Positions 21,389-30,929 of a DNA stretch of 64,000 bases are shown piece after piece. The notes below the pieces were generated by a model. It ran no database searches and was not told the DNA's origin. It saw only the letters and a list, made by a program, of their open reading frames with translations. Each line of letters opens with the position of its first letter. Positions within the stretch are counted from its first letter, which is position 1. The stretch comes from Gammaproteobacteria bacterium (lineage in GTDB: Bacteria > Pseudomonadota > Gammaproteobacteria > Eutrophobiales > Eutrophobiaceae): contig OZ220696.1 of NCBI GenBank assembly GCA_965116495.1, positions 768,001 through 832,000 on the forward strand, written 5' to 3'. The position numbers and the translations under genes were made by a program.

Positions 21389-22573
21389 ATGAAAGAAGCT
21401 GTAATCGTTGCGGCAGCACGTACGCCTATCGGCAGGGCCTGGCGCGGCGCGTTCAACAATACCAAGGCGCCGACCCTGGGTGGTCACGTTATCCGCACAG
21501 CCGTGCGGCGCGCCGGCATAGAGGCAGACGAGGTTGATGACGTCATAATGGGTTGTGCCATGCAAATCGGAACAACCGGCTGGAATATAGGCAGAACGAG
21601 TGCCTTTGCCGCGGGCCTCCCGGCGACAACGAGTGGTATGTCCGTGGACCGGCAATGTGCCTCAGGGATGATTGCAATCGCAAACGCGGCAAAACAAATC
21701 ATACTGGATAACACGCCCGTGGTAGTGGCGGCAGGTCTTGACAGCATCAGCCTGGTCCAGAACGAAGCTTTTGAACTGATGAGCAGGAACACAGATGAGT
21801 CCGTAACCCGGCTCAGTGCTCATGCATATATGCCCATGTTGCAGACCGCGGAAATAGTAGCCCGTCGTTACCGGATCAGCCGCGAAACCCAGGATGAATA
21901 TGCCTTGCAGAGCCAGCAACGGACAGCTACTGCCCAACAAGCGGGAAAATTTGACGAGGAACTGGCGCCCCTGGCCTCAACCAAGGCCATAGTCAACAAA
22001 GAAACCAAGGAAATAAGCTACCAGGAAGTTGTATTGAAACAGGATGAAGGCAACCGTCCCGAAACAACCCTGGAAGGCCTGCAGGGGCTGGCGCCGGTGA
22101 TTGAAGGGGGTTGTATTACAGCAGGAAATGCCAGTCAACTGTCTGATGGAGCATCTGCCTGTGTGTTGATGGACCGGCGCCTGGCAGAAACAAAAAACCT
22201 GGAGCCGCTGGGCGTTTACCGCGGGCTTGCCGTTAGCGGTCTGGAACCCGATGAGATGGGTATCGGGCCGGTTTATGCCGTACCTAAATTGCTGAAACAA
22301 AATGGTTTGACTATGGATGACGTTGACCTGTGGGAACTCAATGAGGCCTTTGCCGTGCAAGTGGTCTATTGTCGCGACAAGCTGGGTATTCCTAACGATT
22401 TACTCAACGTAAACGGAGGGGCTATTTCCATCGGCCACCCATATGGCATGTCCGGGAATCGCATGGTGGCACACGCCCTGGTAGAAGGTAAACGGCGCGC
22501 AGCAAAATATGTAGTCTGCACAATGTGTGTCGGCGGCGGTATGGGCGCCGCAGGTTTGTTCGAAGTAACCTGA
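21389..22573 (+). CDS. Acetyl-CoA C-acyltransferase (thiolase, PimB-like)
   Basis: DRQCASG catalytic Cys, NEAF, GHPYG and CVGGGMG motifs. Confidence 0.92.
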   Translation: MKEAVIVAAARTPIGRAWRGAFNNTKAPTLGGHVIRTAVRRAGIEADEVDDVIMGCAMQIGTTGWNIGRTSAFAAGLPATTSGMSVDRQCASGMIAIANAAKQIILDNTPVVVAAGLDSISLVQNEAFELMSRNTDESVTRLSAHAYMPMLQTAEIVARRYRISRETQDEYALQSQQRTATAQQAGKFDEELAPLASTKAIVNKETKEISYQEVVLKQDEGNRPETTLEGLQGLAPVIEGGCITAGNASQLSDGASACVLMDRRLAETKNLEPLGVYRGLAVSGLEPDEMGIGPVYAVPKLLKQNGLTMDDVDLWELNEAFAVQVVYCRDKLGIPNDLLNVNGGAISIGHPYGMSGNRMVAHALVEGKRRAAKYVVCTMCVGGGMGAAGLFEVT

Positions 22574-22620
22574 CCGCTTCACAAAAACTGTTCCAGTCAC
22601 ACCCCCAAGTGACAGGTACG

Positions 22621-22671
22621 TTGACATTTTTTTTACAGCATATACGATATAAGATACATTAACATGTACAT
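22621..22671 (+). promoter_or_regulatory. Toxin-antitoxin promoter with candidate TGTACA operator palindrome
   Basis: TTGACA (22621-22626), 16 nt, TACGAT (22643-22648); ATGTACAT at 22664-22671, matching the core known for YefM-type operators. Confidence 0.55.
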
Positions 22672-22683
22672 AATGGTCGGGTT

Positions 22684-22965
22684 GTGACAGAAACATATTC
22701 AATCGCCGATGCACGCTATAATTTTCCGAAACTGGTCCATGAGGCAGAACACGGCAAAGTAGTGGGATTAACCCGGCGGGGTGAGCTGGTGGCCATGCTT
22801 ATTGGCCGGCGTCACTTTGAGCAACTTTCCTCCAACTATCGCGGCTTTGCTGAAACATACCGCAGTTTTGTAGTAAATGTTGACCTGGAAAACCTTGATA
22901 TTGATCCCGACAGGCTGTTCTCAATATCACGTAAAGATAAACAGGAACGCAAGGTTGACCTCTGA
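22684..22965 (+). CDS. Phd/YefM family antitoxin
   Basis: SIADARYNFPKLVHEAEHG..V.LTRRG..VA pattern; TGATG coupling to the PIN gene. Confidence 0.88.
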   Translation: MTETYSIADARYNFPKLVHEAEHGKVVGLTRRGELVAMLIGRRHFEQLSSNYRGFAETYRSFVVNVDLENLDIDPDRLFSISRKDKQERKVDL

Positions 22966-23378
22966 TGGTAAAGTACTTGCTTGATACCGGTGTAATATCG
23001 GAGCCACTGAAATCGCGGCCGTCCGAGGGTATCTTGCGCAGGCTGCGCGAACATGAAGAGGAAGTAGCCATTCCGGCGCTGGTCTGGCATGAGTTACGTT
23101 TCGGAAGTTCGCGTCTTACGCATTTACGCCACAGGGAAGTGATAGCACGTTATATCGAAGATGTGATATTGGCAAGTTTTCCTGTTCTTGATTATGATCA
23201 AAGAGCTGCGGACTGGCACGCCCGCGAACGTGCGAGATTAACGGGCATAGGTCAGGCCCCGTCATTCGTTGTAGGACAGATTGCGGCGATAGCTTATGTC
23301 AACAAGATGACTCTCGTTACATCAAACCCCACCGAGTTCCGCGCGTTTAAAGGATTACAGGTTAGAAACTGGTCGTAA
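22965..23378 (+). CDS. VapC/PIN-domain toxin (active site appears degenerate)
   Basis: YLLDT.VISE, HELRFG, GQIAAIA, LVTSN..F and C-terminal NWS. Confidence 0.88.
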   Translation: MVKYLLDTGVISEPLKSRPSEGILRRLREHEEEVAIPALVWHELRFGSSRLTHLRHREVIARYIEDVILASFPVLDYDQRAADWHARERARLTGIGQAPSFVVGQIAAIAYVNKMTLVTSNPTEFRAFKGLQVRNWS

Positions 23379-23415
23379 CACGCACAATCCTCACTTTCAG
23401 AAGCGGAGCCACAGT

Positions 23416-25203
23416 TTGAGTAAAACAGACCGGAGCGGACAACCCGATTTAAATTCGGATGAAGCGGCTGAGACCATGGCCGATATTACCGGGCAATATC
23501 ATGATCTGTTGGAAGGTCTCATGTTCCGGCAGGGACAGTCCATACCTGTGAATACCGACCCGATGGGAGCAGGGCAGGCATTCCTTGAACTATCTGCGTC
23601 CCTGATGAAAAATCCCGAAAAACTGGTCGAAGCCCAGGCGAAAGCCTGGACTGCCTATTCGGATCTCTGGTTCAACACCACTAAAACATTTCTGGGCGAG
23701 GCAGCCGGCGAGGTTAGAAAGCCGGAAAAAGGCGACCGTCGTTTCAAACACTCAGCCTGGGATGAAAATCCATTCTTCAATTTTATCAGGCAGTCGTACC
23801 TGCTGACGGCAGACACCATTCACTCTGTTGTCGATGGCGTGGATGGCCTGGATGAAAATACTGCGAGAAAGGCCCGATTTTATACCAGGCAGTTTATCGA
23901 TGCTATGTCGCCGACGAACTTCCTCCTGACCAATCCGGAGGTATTGGAAGCTACCCTGGAGTCGAAGGGGGAAAACCTGCTTAAGGGGATGCGGAATTTT
24001 ATCGATGATTTTGATACTGAAGCAGGCCGGTTACGGATCAAAATGACTGATGACCGGGCGTTTGAACCGGGCAGAAACGTCGCCGTTACTCCGGGTAAAG
24101 TGGTTTTTCAAAACGACCTGCTCCAGTTGCTTCAATACAATGCGACGACCGAACAGAACTTCCGGCAGCCCCTGCTGATCATTCCGCCCTGGATCAATAA
24201 ATATTACGTGCTTGATCTACAACCGCAAAATTCCCTGATTAAGTGGCTGGTCGACCAGGGGCATACGGTATTTGTCGTTTCCTGGGTGAATCCGGACGAG
24301 AAACTGGGGCATATGGATTTTGAAAACTATGTAACGGAAGGGGCCATTGCGGCCATTGACGCGGTGGAAAAGGCTACGGGTGAATCCGGTATCAACCTGG
24401 TCGGCTATTGTATCGGCGGAACACTGCTGGCAGCGACCCTGGCTTATATGCAGGCAAAAGACGACAGGCGAGCGGCTTCAGCTACGTTTTTTGTTTCGCT
24501 CATCGATTTTTCCATTCCCGGAGACCTGGGTGTATTCATTGATGAGCAACAGCTGGAGAACCTGGAAAATGCCATGAATGAGAGAGGCTACCATGACGGC
24601 AAGGAAATGGCTGCCACGTTCAACATGTTGCGCTCCAACGACCTGATCTGGTCATTCTACGTGCATAATTACCTGCTGGGTAAAGAACCGTTTCCGTTTG
24701 ATCTGCTTTACTGGAATGACGATTCGACCCGCCTCCCGGCCAAAATGCACAGCACTTACCTGCGCACCATGTACCTGAAAAACGCATTCAGGGAGCCCGG
24801 AGGGCTGAGCGTCGCCGGTTGCCCCATTGACGTGAGCACCATCCGGACACCGGCGTATTTCATCTCGACGGAAGACGACCATATCGCGCCGTGGGAGGGA
24901 ACCTACCTGGGCGCGCAACTGCTGTCCGGGCCGGTCAAGTTCGTCCTGGGCAAGTCCGGGCATATTGCGGGTATCATCAATCCCCCTGCTGCAAACAAAT
25001 ACGGTTATTATACCGGGGCGACGGTCAAGCTCCCATCCGGTGAATGGCATGACCAGGCCGAACTCCATCCCGGTTCCTGGTGGCCGGACTGGCAGGCGTG
25101 GCTGGAACATTACGCCGGCGACAGGCTCCCGGCGCGCTATCCCGGCAACGCCGATCTAAGTGTTATCGAGGAGGCCCCGGGTAGTTACGTCAAGCAACCT
25201 TGA
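23416..25203 (+). CDS. phaC: Class I poly(3-hydroxyalkanoate) synthase
   Basis: DRRF, PPWINKYY, GYCIGG lipase-like box, DHIAPW, SGHIAG, GSWW; start codon uncertain (TTG). Confidence 0.96.
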   Translation: MSKTDRSGQPDLNSDEAAETMADITGQYHDLLEGLMFRQGQSIPVNTDPMGAGQAFLELSASLMKNPEKLVEAQAKAWTAYSDLWFNTTKTFLGEAAGEVRKPEKGDRRFKHSAWDENPFFNFIRQSYLLTADTIHSVVDGVDGLDENTARKARFYTRQFIDAMSPTNFLLTNPEVLEATLESKGENLLKGMRNFIDDFDTEAGRLRIKMTDDRAFEPGRNVAVTPGKVVFQNDLLQLLQYNATTEQNFRQPLLIIPPWINKYYVLDLQPQNSLIKWLVDQGHTVFVVSWVNPDEKLGHMDFENYVTEGAIAAIDAVEKATGESGINLVGYCIGGTLLAATLAYMQAKDDRRAASATFFVSLIDFSIPGDLGVFIDEQQLENLENAMNERGYHDGKEMAATFNMLRSNDLIWSFYVHNYLLGKEPFPFDLLYWNDDSTRLPAKMHSTYLRTMYLKNAFREPGGLSVAGCPIDVSTIRTPAYFISTEDDHIAPWEGTYLGAQLLSGPVKFVLGKSGHIAGIINPPAANKYGYYTGATVKLPSGEWHDQAELHPGSWWPDWQAWLEHYAGDRLPARYPGNADLSVIEEAPGSYVKQP

Positions 25204-25209
25204 TTTTCG

Positions 25210-25257
25210 TAAACGGGGACGTACATCATAAACGGGGACGGACTTAAGTCCGTCCCC
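25210..25257. repeat. REP-like perfect 24-bp palindrome preceded by a partial direct copy
   Basis: GGGGACGGACTTAAGTCCGTCCCC (25234-25257); TAAACGGGGACG occurs twice (25210, 25229). Confidence 0.85.
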
Positions 25258-25264
25258 ATAGACG

Positions 25265-25969
25265 TTAACAGCGCACCGGCAGGTTTTTGACAATCCTGAT
25301 TTCATCCGGTGAAACACGGGCCTGCCAGGCAATAGCTTCAACACCATTATCAAGGACCTGCCTCAATGTTGCACCATATTTACTGTCTATCGAGTCGGCA
25401 GGTCTGACTTCATATACGTCTTTCCGTTGCACACAAAAACAGATGATCCCGCGCTTTCCTCCAGCCACGACCTCGGCCAGCTCGCGCAGGTGTTTACTGG
25501 CGCGCGCGCTGACAGCATCCGGAAAATAGCCGATGCCGTCACGGGCCAGGGTCACGTTTTTCACTTCGACGTAACAGGATGGTCTCCCGGGGTCTTCCAG
25601 CAGCAGGTCGATACGGCTTTTTTCCTTACCGTAACGTATCTCCTGACGGATACCGGCGTACCCCTGCAGTTGATTTATGGTGCCGTCCCGTATTCCTTCA
25701 AGCACCAGCCTGTTAGGTAAGCCGGTGTTGATACCGACCAGTACACCCGGTGCGGTTTCCACCAGTTCCCAACTCAGGGGGTACTTGCGCTCCGGGTTAC
25801 CTGAATCAGACAACCAGACCCCCGCACCGGGTTCACAGCAACCCAGCATGGAACCGGTATTGGGTGTATGCGCGGTAACAGTCCGGCCGTCATCCAGCGT
25901 TACGTCGGCGAGGAAACGCTTATACCGTTTAATCAACGTGCCGGGGATCAAAGGCTGTCTGAATTTCAT
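25265..25969 (-). CDS. sfsA: DNA/RNA nuclease SfsA
   Basis: KRYKRFLADV, NTGSMLG, SRID, YVEVKNVT, FPDAVSARASKHLREL. Confidence 0.96.
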   Translation of the reverse strand: MKFRQPLIPGTLIKRYKRFLADVTLDDGRTVTAHTPNTGSMLGCCEPGAGVWLSDSGNPERKYPLSWELVETAPGVLVGINTGLPNRLVLEGIRDGTINQLQGYAGIRQEIRYGKEKSRIDLLLEDPGRPSCYVEVKNVTLARDGIGYFPDAVSARASKHLRELAEVVAGGKRGIICFCVQRKDVYEVRPADSIDSKYGATLRQVLDNGVEAIAWQARVSPDEIRIVKNLPVRC

Positions 25970-26070
25970 CTGATAACGGAACCCTTGCGGATAAATCCTC
26001 TGTTTAATATCCTGTGTGAATAGATGCCTTATCCGGCTTGTCCTGTACGGCCATGTTCAATTAAAGTGAT

Positions 26071-26715
26071 ATGAAAGTAACCATTATACCAGTCACGCCA
26101 TTCCAGCAGAATTCGACTATCCTTCAATGTGAACGGACAAACCGGGCAGCCATTGTCGATCCGGGCGGCGACCTGGACCGGATCATGGCGCAAGTGGACG
26201 CACTTGGGGTGACGCTCGAAAAAATACTGGTCACTCATGCGCACATTGACCATGCAGGCGGTGTGGCAGAGTTATCAGTTGCTACGGGATTACCGGTTGA
26301 AGGACCGCAACGGGAAGATCAATTCTGGATTGACTTGCTGGAAGAGCAGGGCGCCATGTTCGATTTTCCGGCATCATCTTCGTTTACCCCGGACCGTTGG
26401 CTGGAAGACGGAGATATGGTCAGCCTGGGGGATATGCGGATGGAGGTGCGCCATTGTCCGGGACACACACCCGGGCATATCATTTTCTATGAGGCCTCCT
26501 CAAAGATCGCAATAGTAGGCGACGTGCTGTTCAACGGTTCCATCGGCCGCACTGATTTTCCTCGCGGCGATTATGCAACCCTGATTCATTCCATAAAAAA
26601 TCGCCTCTGGCCCCTGGGAGATGATGTACAATTCGTTCCCGGGCACGGTCCTGTTTCTACTTTCGGTCATGAAAGAAAAACCAATCCATTCGTGGGCGAT
26701 CGTGTAAAGTATTAA
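26071..26715 (+). CDS. MBL-fold hydrolase (glyoxalase II, YcbL/GloC-like)
   Basis: THAHIDH, PGHTPGH, GDVLF..SIGRTD, PGHG. Confidence 0.92.
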   Translation: MKVTIIPVTPFQQNSTILQCERTNRAAIVDPGGDLDRIMAQVDALGVTLEKILVTHAHIDHAGGVAELSVATGLPVEGPQREDQFWIDLLEEQGAMFDFPASSSFTPDRWLEDGDMVSLGDMRMEVRHCPGHTPGHIIFYEASSKIAIVGDVLFNGSIGRTDFPRGDYATLIHSIKNRLWPLGDDVQFVPGHGPVSTFGHERKTNPFVGDRVKY

Positions 26716-26743
26716 AGCTCAAATTACCAAGGAGATATTACAA

Positions 26744-27382
26744 ATGAAATTATATGTTTTCCCCCCATCCCCCAATTCATTACGTTGCCAGGCGGTGGCC
26801 AACCAACTGGGTATTGAACTGGAGTTAATTCCTGTAGATTTCGGTAACCCGGCACAGACTGAAGCTGGATTCAAGGAGTTATATGCAGCAAATCCCAACC
26901 ACAAGATCCCCACACTGGTTGACGGAGATTATGTACTTTGGGAATCCGGCGCCATCATGCTGTACCTGAGCCGGATACAACCTGACAATGATTTAGTGCC
27001 GGATAATTTACAGGACAGAGCCAGGATGGCTCAGTGGTCATACTGGAGCGCATCACACTGGGGAGTTACTTGCACCCTGTTTATATTTGAAAACGTGGTA
27101 AAGAAAATCATGAATATCGGTGCGCCGGACCCGGCGCAACTGGCAAAGGCCGAGGAGGAATTCAACCGTTTCGGCACGGTATTGAACGATCACCTTAAAG
27201 GTCGCGATACGCTGGTGGGCAACTCGGTAACCCTTGCCGACCACACTGTCGCGTCGTGGCTGGTACACACGGAGATGGCCGGTTTACCACTGGATGGTTT
27301 TACGGAAATCAAACGCTGGTCGGGGGGGATCCTCGGTTCGACAGCCTGGCAGAAAGCCCTGGCAACGATACCTGGAGCGTAG
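26744..27382 (+). CDS. Glutathione S-transferase
   Basis: SPN, NPNHKIPTL.DG, WESGAI and TLAD motifs. Confidence 0.92.
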   Translation: MKLYVFPPSPNSLRCQAVANQLGIELELIPVDFGNPAQTEAGFKELYAANPNHKIPTLVDGDYVLWESGAIMLYLSRIQPDNDLVPDNLQDRARMAQWSYWSASHWGVTCTLFIFENVVKKIMNIGAPDPAQLAKAEEEFNRFGTVLNDHLKGRDTLVGNSVTLADHTVASWLVHTEMAGLPLDGFTEIKRWSGGILGSTAWQKALATIPGA

Positions 27383-27436
27383 TTCGACGTCAGTATTATT
27401 TTAACGGTTGGGCAGGAGCAAGGGTCCGGAGAGAAA

Positions 27437-27482
27437 GGGGACAGGTTTGAAGCATGCCCCCGTATGTTGTACGCGGGGCATG
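27437..27482. repeat. GGGGAC-type REP-like element with adjacent hairpin
   Basis: GGGGACAGGTTTGAAGCATGCCCC (27437-27460) resembles the reverse complement of 56380-56402; CATGCCCC/GGGGCATG stem. Confidence 0.6.
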
Positions 27483-27539
27483 TACCCGGATCGGGTTCCC
27501 GCTCCTGTTTACGAAATGCAGGGGCAGCCGCCGCTATTC

Positions 27540-28916
27540 TCAGTTCGGCAAGCGGTTATCCGTCAGGCGTTCGTTCAGGAGGCGCCGGTATTCCTCTTCA
27601 TAAAAGAATTGTTTCTGCCCGAATGCCGGTTTCAGACCGTCCAGCCAGGTCGCGTTCTCATCAAACCTGGCGAAGAAAGGCTGTTGTGTCCAGTTTTCAT
27701 TACGGCCCTGCAGGAAGCGCAATAAAAATACCTTTTCATTGTTGATCTCTGTTACACCCTGAACCTGTACCTTGCCTGGAGAGGCACTCATTGACGGCCC
27801 GCGTACCGTACGGGCAAGACCGGATACGGACTGGTATGCCTGCTGATACACCTCCAGGGCCCGCGCCAGCGGTACTTCAAAATACCTTCGTGCGCCGGTG
27901 TCCCGTTCCACAAACATATAATAAGGTATCAAGCCTAATCGCACTTGTTCGCGCCACATTCTTGACCAGACAGCGGGGTCGTCATTGATCCTGGCCAGTA
28001 ACGGCCCCTGGCAGCGAATCTCCGCACCGGTATCGCGAATTCGTCGGATAGCGCGCCGGGTCATGTTTGATTCCATTTCCCTCCAGTGATTGAAATGGGC
28101 CATGAACGCTACGTGTTTACCCGCCCGCACCAGTCTCTCCAATAAGCGTAGCAGGTCATCAGCATCCGCGTCAGTGACAAAGCGATGCGGCCAGTAGGTC
28201 AGTGATTTGCTGCCTATACGCAAGGTCTGCACGTGTTGAACCGACCGGTCAAGCAGGGGTTCCAGGTAGTATTTCAGGTGGTGGGTCTTCATCACCATGG
28301 GATCACCGCCGGTGATGAGCAGGTCGGACACTTCCTTATGTTTTTTCAGATAACCGTAGAGACCATCTGCCTCGCTGGATGAAAAGCGCAACGATTTATC
28401 ACCGACAAACTGTGCCCAGCGAAAACAGAAAGTACAGTAGGAATGACAAACCTGGCCCTGGGAGGGAAAAAACAGGACGGTCTCATGATATTTATGTTGC
28501 ATGCCGGTCAACTGCTCGTCATCCAGAACCGGGACATTCAGTTCCATTTGCCCGGCAGGGTGAGGGTTGAGTTGAGCGCGAATCTGAGTCGCCAGTGCAT
28601 GGATGGATTTAGAGTCTGCCCCCCTTCTCATGAGCCGGGCCATCCGGTTGAATGACTCGGGTTCAAGCATTTCTCTCTGTGGAAAAGTGAGGAGAAATAT
28701 GGGGTCCGACTCAGCATGTTCCCAGTCGATAAGCTGGTCAAGCACGTACTGGTTGACCCGGAAAGGCAATATCTTGGCAACTACCCGGATATCATGCCTT
28801 AACCGTTTCGGAAGGGCATCCAGTTGACTTATCTGGTCCAGGTGCTTTTCTGTATAAACCTTAAACTTTGAACTCGGGACGAGTTCAGGCTGTGTTGCGA
28901 TAGCAGCATAATTCAA
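27540..28916 (-). CDS. KamA-family radical SAM aminomutase-like protein
   Basis: HKY, CHSYCTFCFR (CxxxCxxC), TGGDP, PYYMF, RGPSMSA.PGKV. Confidence 0.9.
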   Translation of the reverse strand: MNYAAIATQPELVPSSKFKVYTEKHLDQISQLDALPKRLRHDIRVVAKILPFRVNQYVLDQLIDWEHAESDPIFLLTFPQREMLEPESFNRMARLMRRGADSKSIHALATQIRAQLNPHPAGQMELNVPVLDDEQLTGMQHKYHETVLFFPSQGQVCHSYCTFCFRWAQFVGDKSLRFSSSEADGLYGYLKKHKEVSDLLITGGDPMVMKTHHLKYYLEPLLDRSVQHVQTLRIGSKSLTYWPHRFVTDADADDLLRLLERLVRAGKHVAFMAHFNHWREMESNMTRRAIRRIRDTGAEIRCQGPLLARINDDPAVWSRMWREQVRLGLIPYYMFVERDTGARRYFEVPLARALEVYQQAYQSVSGLARTVRGPSMSASPGKVQVQGVTEINNEKVFLLRFLQGRNENWTQQPFFARFDENATWLDGLKPAFGQKQFFYEEEYRRLLNERLTDNRLPN

Positions 28917-29128
28917 TGAAACTCTCCCTATGTCTTTTAGGGCCTTTATTTTGTATTTTATGGCCCAACGGGTTATTTCTTATTAACTTCTAGGCGTCAT
29001 CATAGCAGAATATGTCGACTATGAAAACTAAGTCGTGTCAATGGAACAGCCGACACTATCAATTTAACAATACGAATATTAAAATAGTCTTACAATCAAC
29101 AAATTAAATTTCCTCCCGGTATTTAACG

Positions 29129-29767
29129 ATGTTATTCGACACCAACAAGCTAAAAATGCCCGGTATGAGCGATGCCTTACCGGGTCGTACAACCTCACTT
29201 ACTGTGGCCAACGGACATTTTGTCAACGGCCGCCCGCTGATGCCGCCTTTCCCCGATGGGATGGTGCAGGCGGTGTTCGGTCTGGGGTGTTTCTGGGGTG
29301 CGGAACGGAAGTTCTGGCAACTGCCTGGAGTTTACACCACCGCGGTCGGCTATGCCGGAGGCTATACGCCAAATCCCACCTATCGCGAAGTATGCAGCGG
29401 TATGACCGGGCATAACGAGGTAACCTTGGCAGTCTATGAACCTGATATAATCACCTACCTGAAATTACTGCAGGTGTTCTGGGAGTCGCACGATCCAACC
29501 CAGGGGATGCGCCAGGGAAATGATGTAGGCACGCAATATCGTTCTGGTATCTACACGTTCACTGATGAACAGAAGAGGCTGGCTATCGAGTCAAGGGATA
29601 AATACCAGTCGAGTCTGAAGGAAAGAGGCTGTGGCAGGATCACCACGGAGATACTGGATGCACCGGTATTCTACTATGCGGAAGACTACCACCAGCAATA
29701 CCTGGCAAAAAACCCCGGTGGTTACTGCGGCCTGGGAGGAACCGGGATAAGCTTCCCGACAAGCTGA
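29129..29767 (+). CDS. msrA: Peptide methionine sulfoxide reductase A
   Basis: [33 protein letters not shown]. Confidence 0.98.
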   Translation: MLFDTNKLKMPGMSDALPGRTTSLTVANGHFVNGRPLMPPFPDGMVQAVFGLGCFWGAERKFWQLPGVYTTAVGYAGGYTPNPTYREVCSGMTGHNEVTLAVYEPDIITYLKLLQVFWESHDPTQGMRQGNDVGTQYRSGIYTFTDEQKRLAIESRDKYQSSLKERGCGRITTEILDAPVFYYAEDYHQQYLAKNPGGYCGLGGTGISFPTS

Positions 29768-29785
29768 AACGATGATCAGCGGAAT

Positions 29786-30298
29786 TTACAGTCCGGGTAC
29801 GGCGGCGGCATTCTTGCTGATCCACTCTTCTGCCGCTCCTTCCCGGTTAAGAATATAGGGTCCTTCGCGAAATTTCTTTTCCTTGATGTACGCCTCAATA
29901 TAGCAGGTTTGCTCCACAATCCGCGCCCGGCTGGCGTGCTCAGGGTGTCTTAACCACAAGCCTATCTCATAATAATCGTCCCGGTCCCGTACCATGACCA
30001 CCTTGCCGCGAATCGTTTCCGGTCTGTCATCCAATGAAATTGTGACTTCTATGTATGTTCCGGGTTTCAAATATTGACCTGATTCAAACAACAGGCCAAT
30101 ATTGCTTTGTTTGGTGCCGGTCTGTTCATCATCGCTATCGAACCAAAGACGTTTATAATGCAAGGGAATTCCACGTCGGTGGTGTATAAAACCCGTTTGG
30201 GTGTCAGTGACGGGCACATTGCCCAGGTCCTCGTGATATAGCCTGTGCTGATCCTTGAAACGTTTTTTATTAATGCTATTAAACTTTTGAAATAACAT
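29786..30298 (-). CDS. PilZ-like domain protein (degenerate N-terminal motif)
   Basis: GLLF...PGT.I.V.I...G.VV...YEIG and ARIVEQ.C.IE.Y...EAA.EWI pattern of a stand-alone PilZ subfamily. Confidence 0.65.
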   Translation of the reverse strand: MLFQKFNSINKKRFKDQHRLYHEDLGNVPVTDTQTGFIHHRRGIPLHYKRLWFDSDDEQTGTKQSNIGLLFESGQYLKPGTYIEVTISLDDRPETIRGKVVMVRDRDDYYEIGLWLRHPEHASRARIVEQTCYIEAYIKEKKFREGPYILNREGAAEEWISKNAAAVPGL

Positions 30299-30431
30299 CA
30301 GTTTTCACCATGATAGAGGGTATGGGTCGCATTTTATACCCTCACACAGGGAAAATCAAGCATATATTTCATAAAAACATACAGTTAAACGATCTATATG
30401 AGAGTTAACCTGAAAAAAGATATTATAGACT

Positions 30432-30929
30432 ATGCCATTCTCGAGTATGAATAGAAATATTATATTTATTGCACTTATCTTAATTGCAGCCGGAACGGGA
30501 TACCTGTTCCTCAGCCCGGACCGGACGCTGAAGACAGACCAGGCCGCACAGGTTGATGCAAAGTCACAGGAGGAGGCGCTACCCGTCGAACAGGCGCCTG
30601 AGCAGGATTTATCAGCGGATAAAAAACGCAGGGCAAGGATGCGGGCTGAATATGCTGAACTGGAACTGGCCCGTGATGGTATACGGCGCCAACTCGGAAA
30701 ACTCAGGTCCCGGCTATGGAAACTCCAGGTGCCCCCTGACCAGGCCCGGGCTATCACGGAACAGATGCAACGGGGTTACGCTGCCCTGAAAAATCCACCC
30801 ATGCTGGGTGCATTTTCCAGCGTGGGCGATATCAGCAAGGAGACAAACAGGATAAAGGAGATTGGCAACAAACTTACAGCCCTGGAAATTACCGTACAGG
30901 AGCACATCAAGGCTCAGGAGACGGACTAA
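30432..30929 (+). CDS. Hypothetical membrane-anchored coiled-coil protein
   Basis: N-terminal hydrophobic segment followed by a charged helical body; fills the gap on the + strand. Confidence 0.7.
   Translation: MPFSSMNRNIIFIALILIAAGTGYLFLSPDRTLKTDQAAQVDAKSQEEALPVEQAPEQDLSADKKRRARMRAEYAELELARDGIRRQLGKLRSRLWKLQVPPDQARAITEQMQRGYAALKNPPMLGAFSSVGDISKETNRIKEIGNKLTALEITVQEHIKAQETD

Noticed and set aside
24700-25203. Apparently higher GC in the 3' part of phaC (possible mosaic)
   Set aside because: An impression by eye only, not quantified; the protein motifs are continuous.
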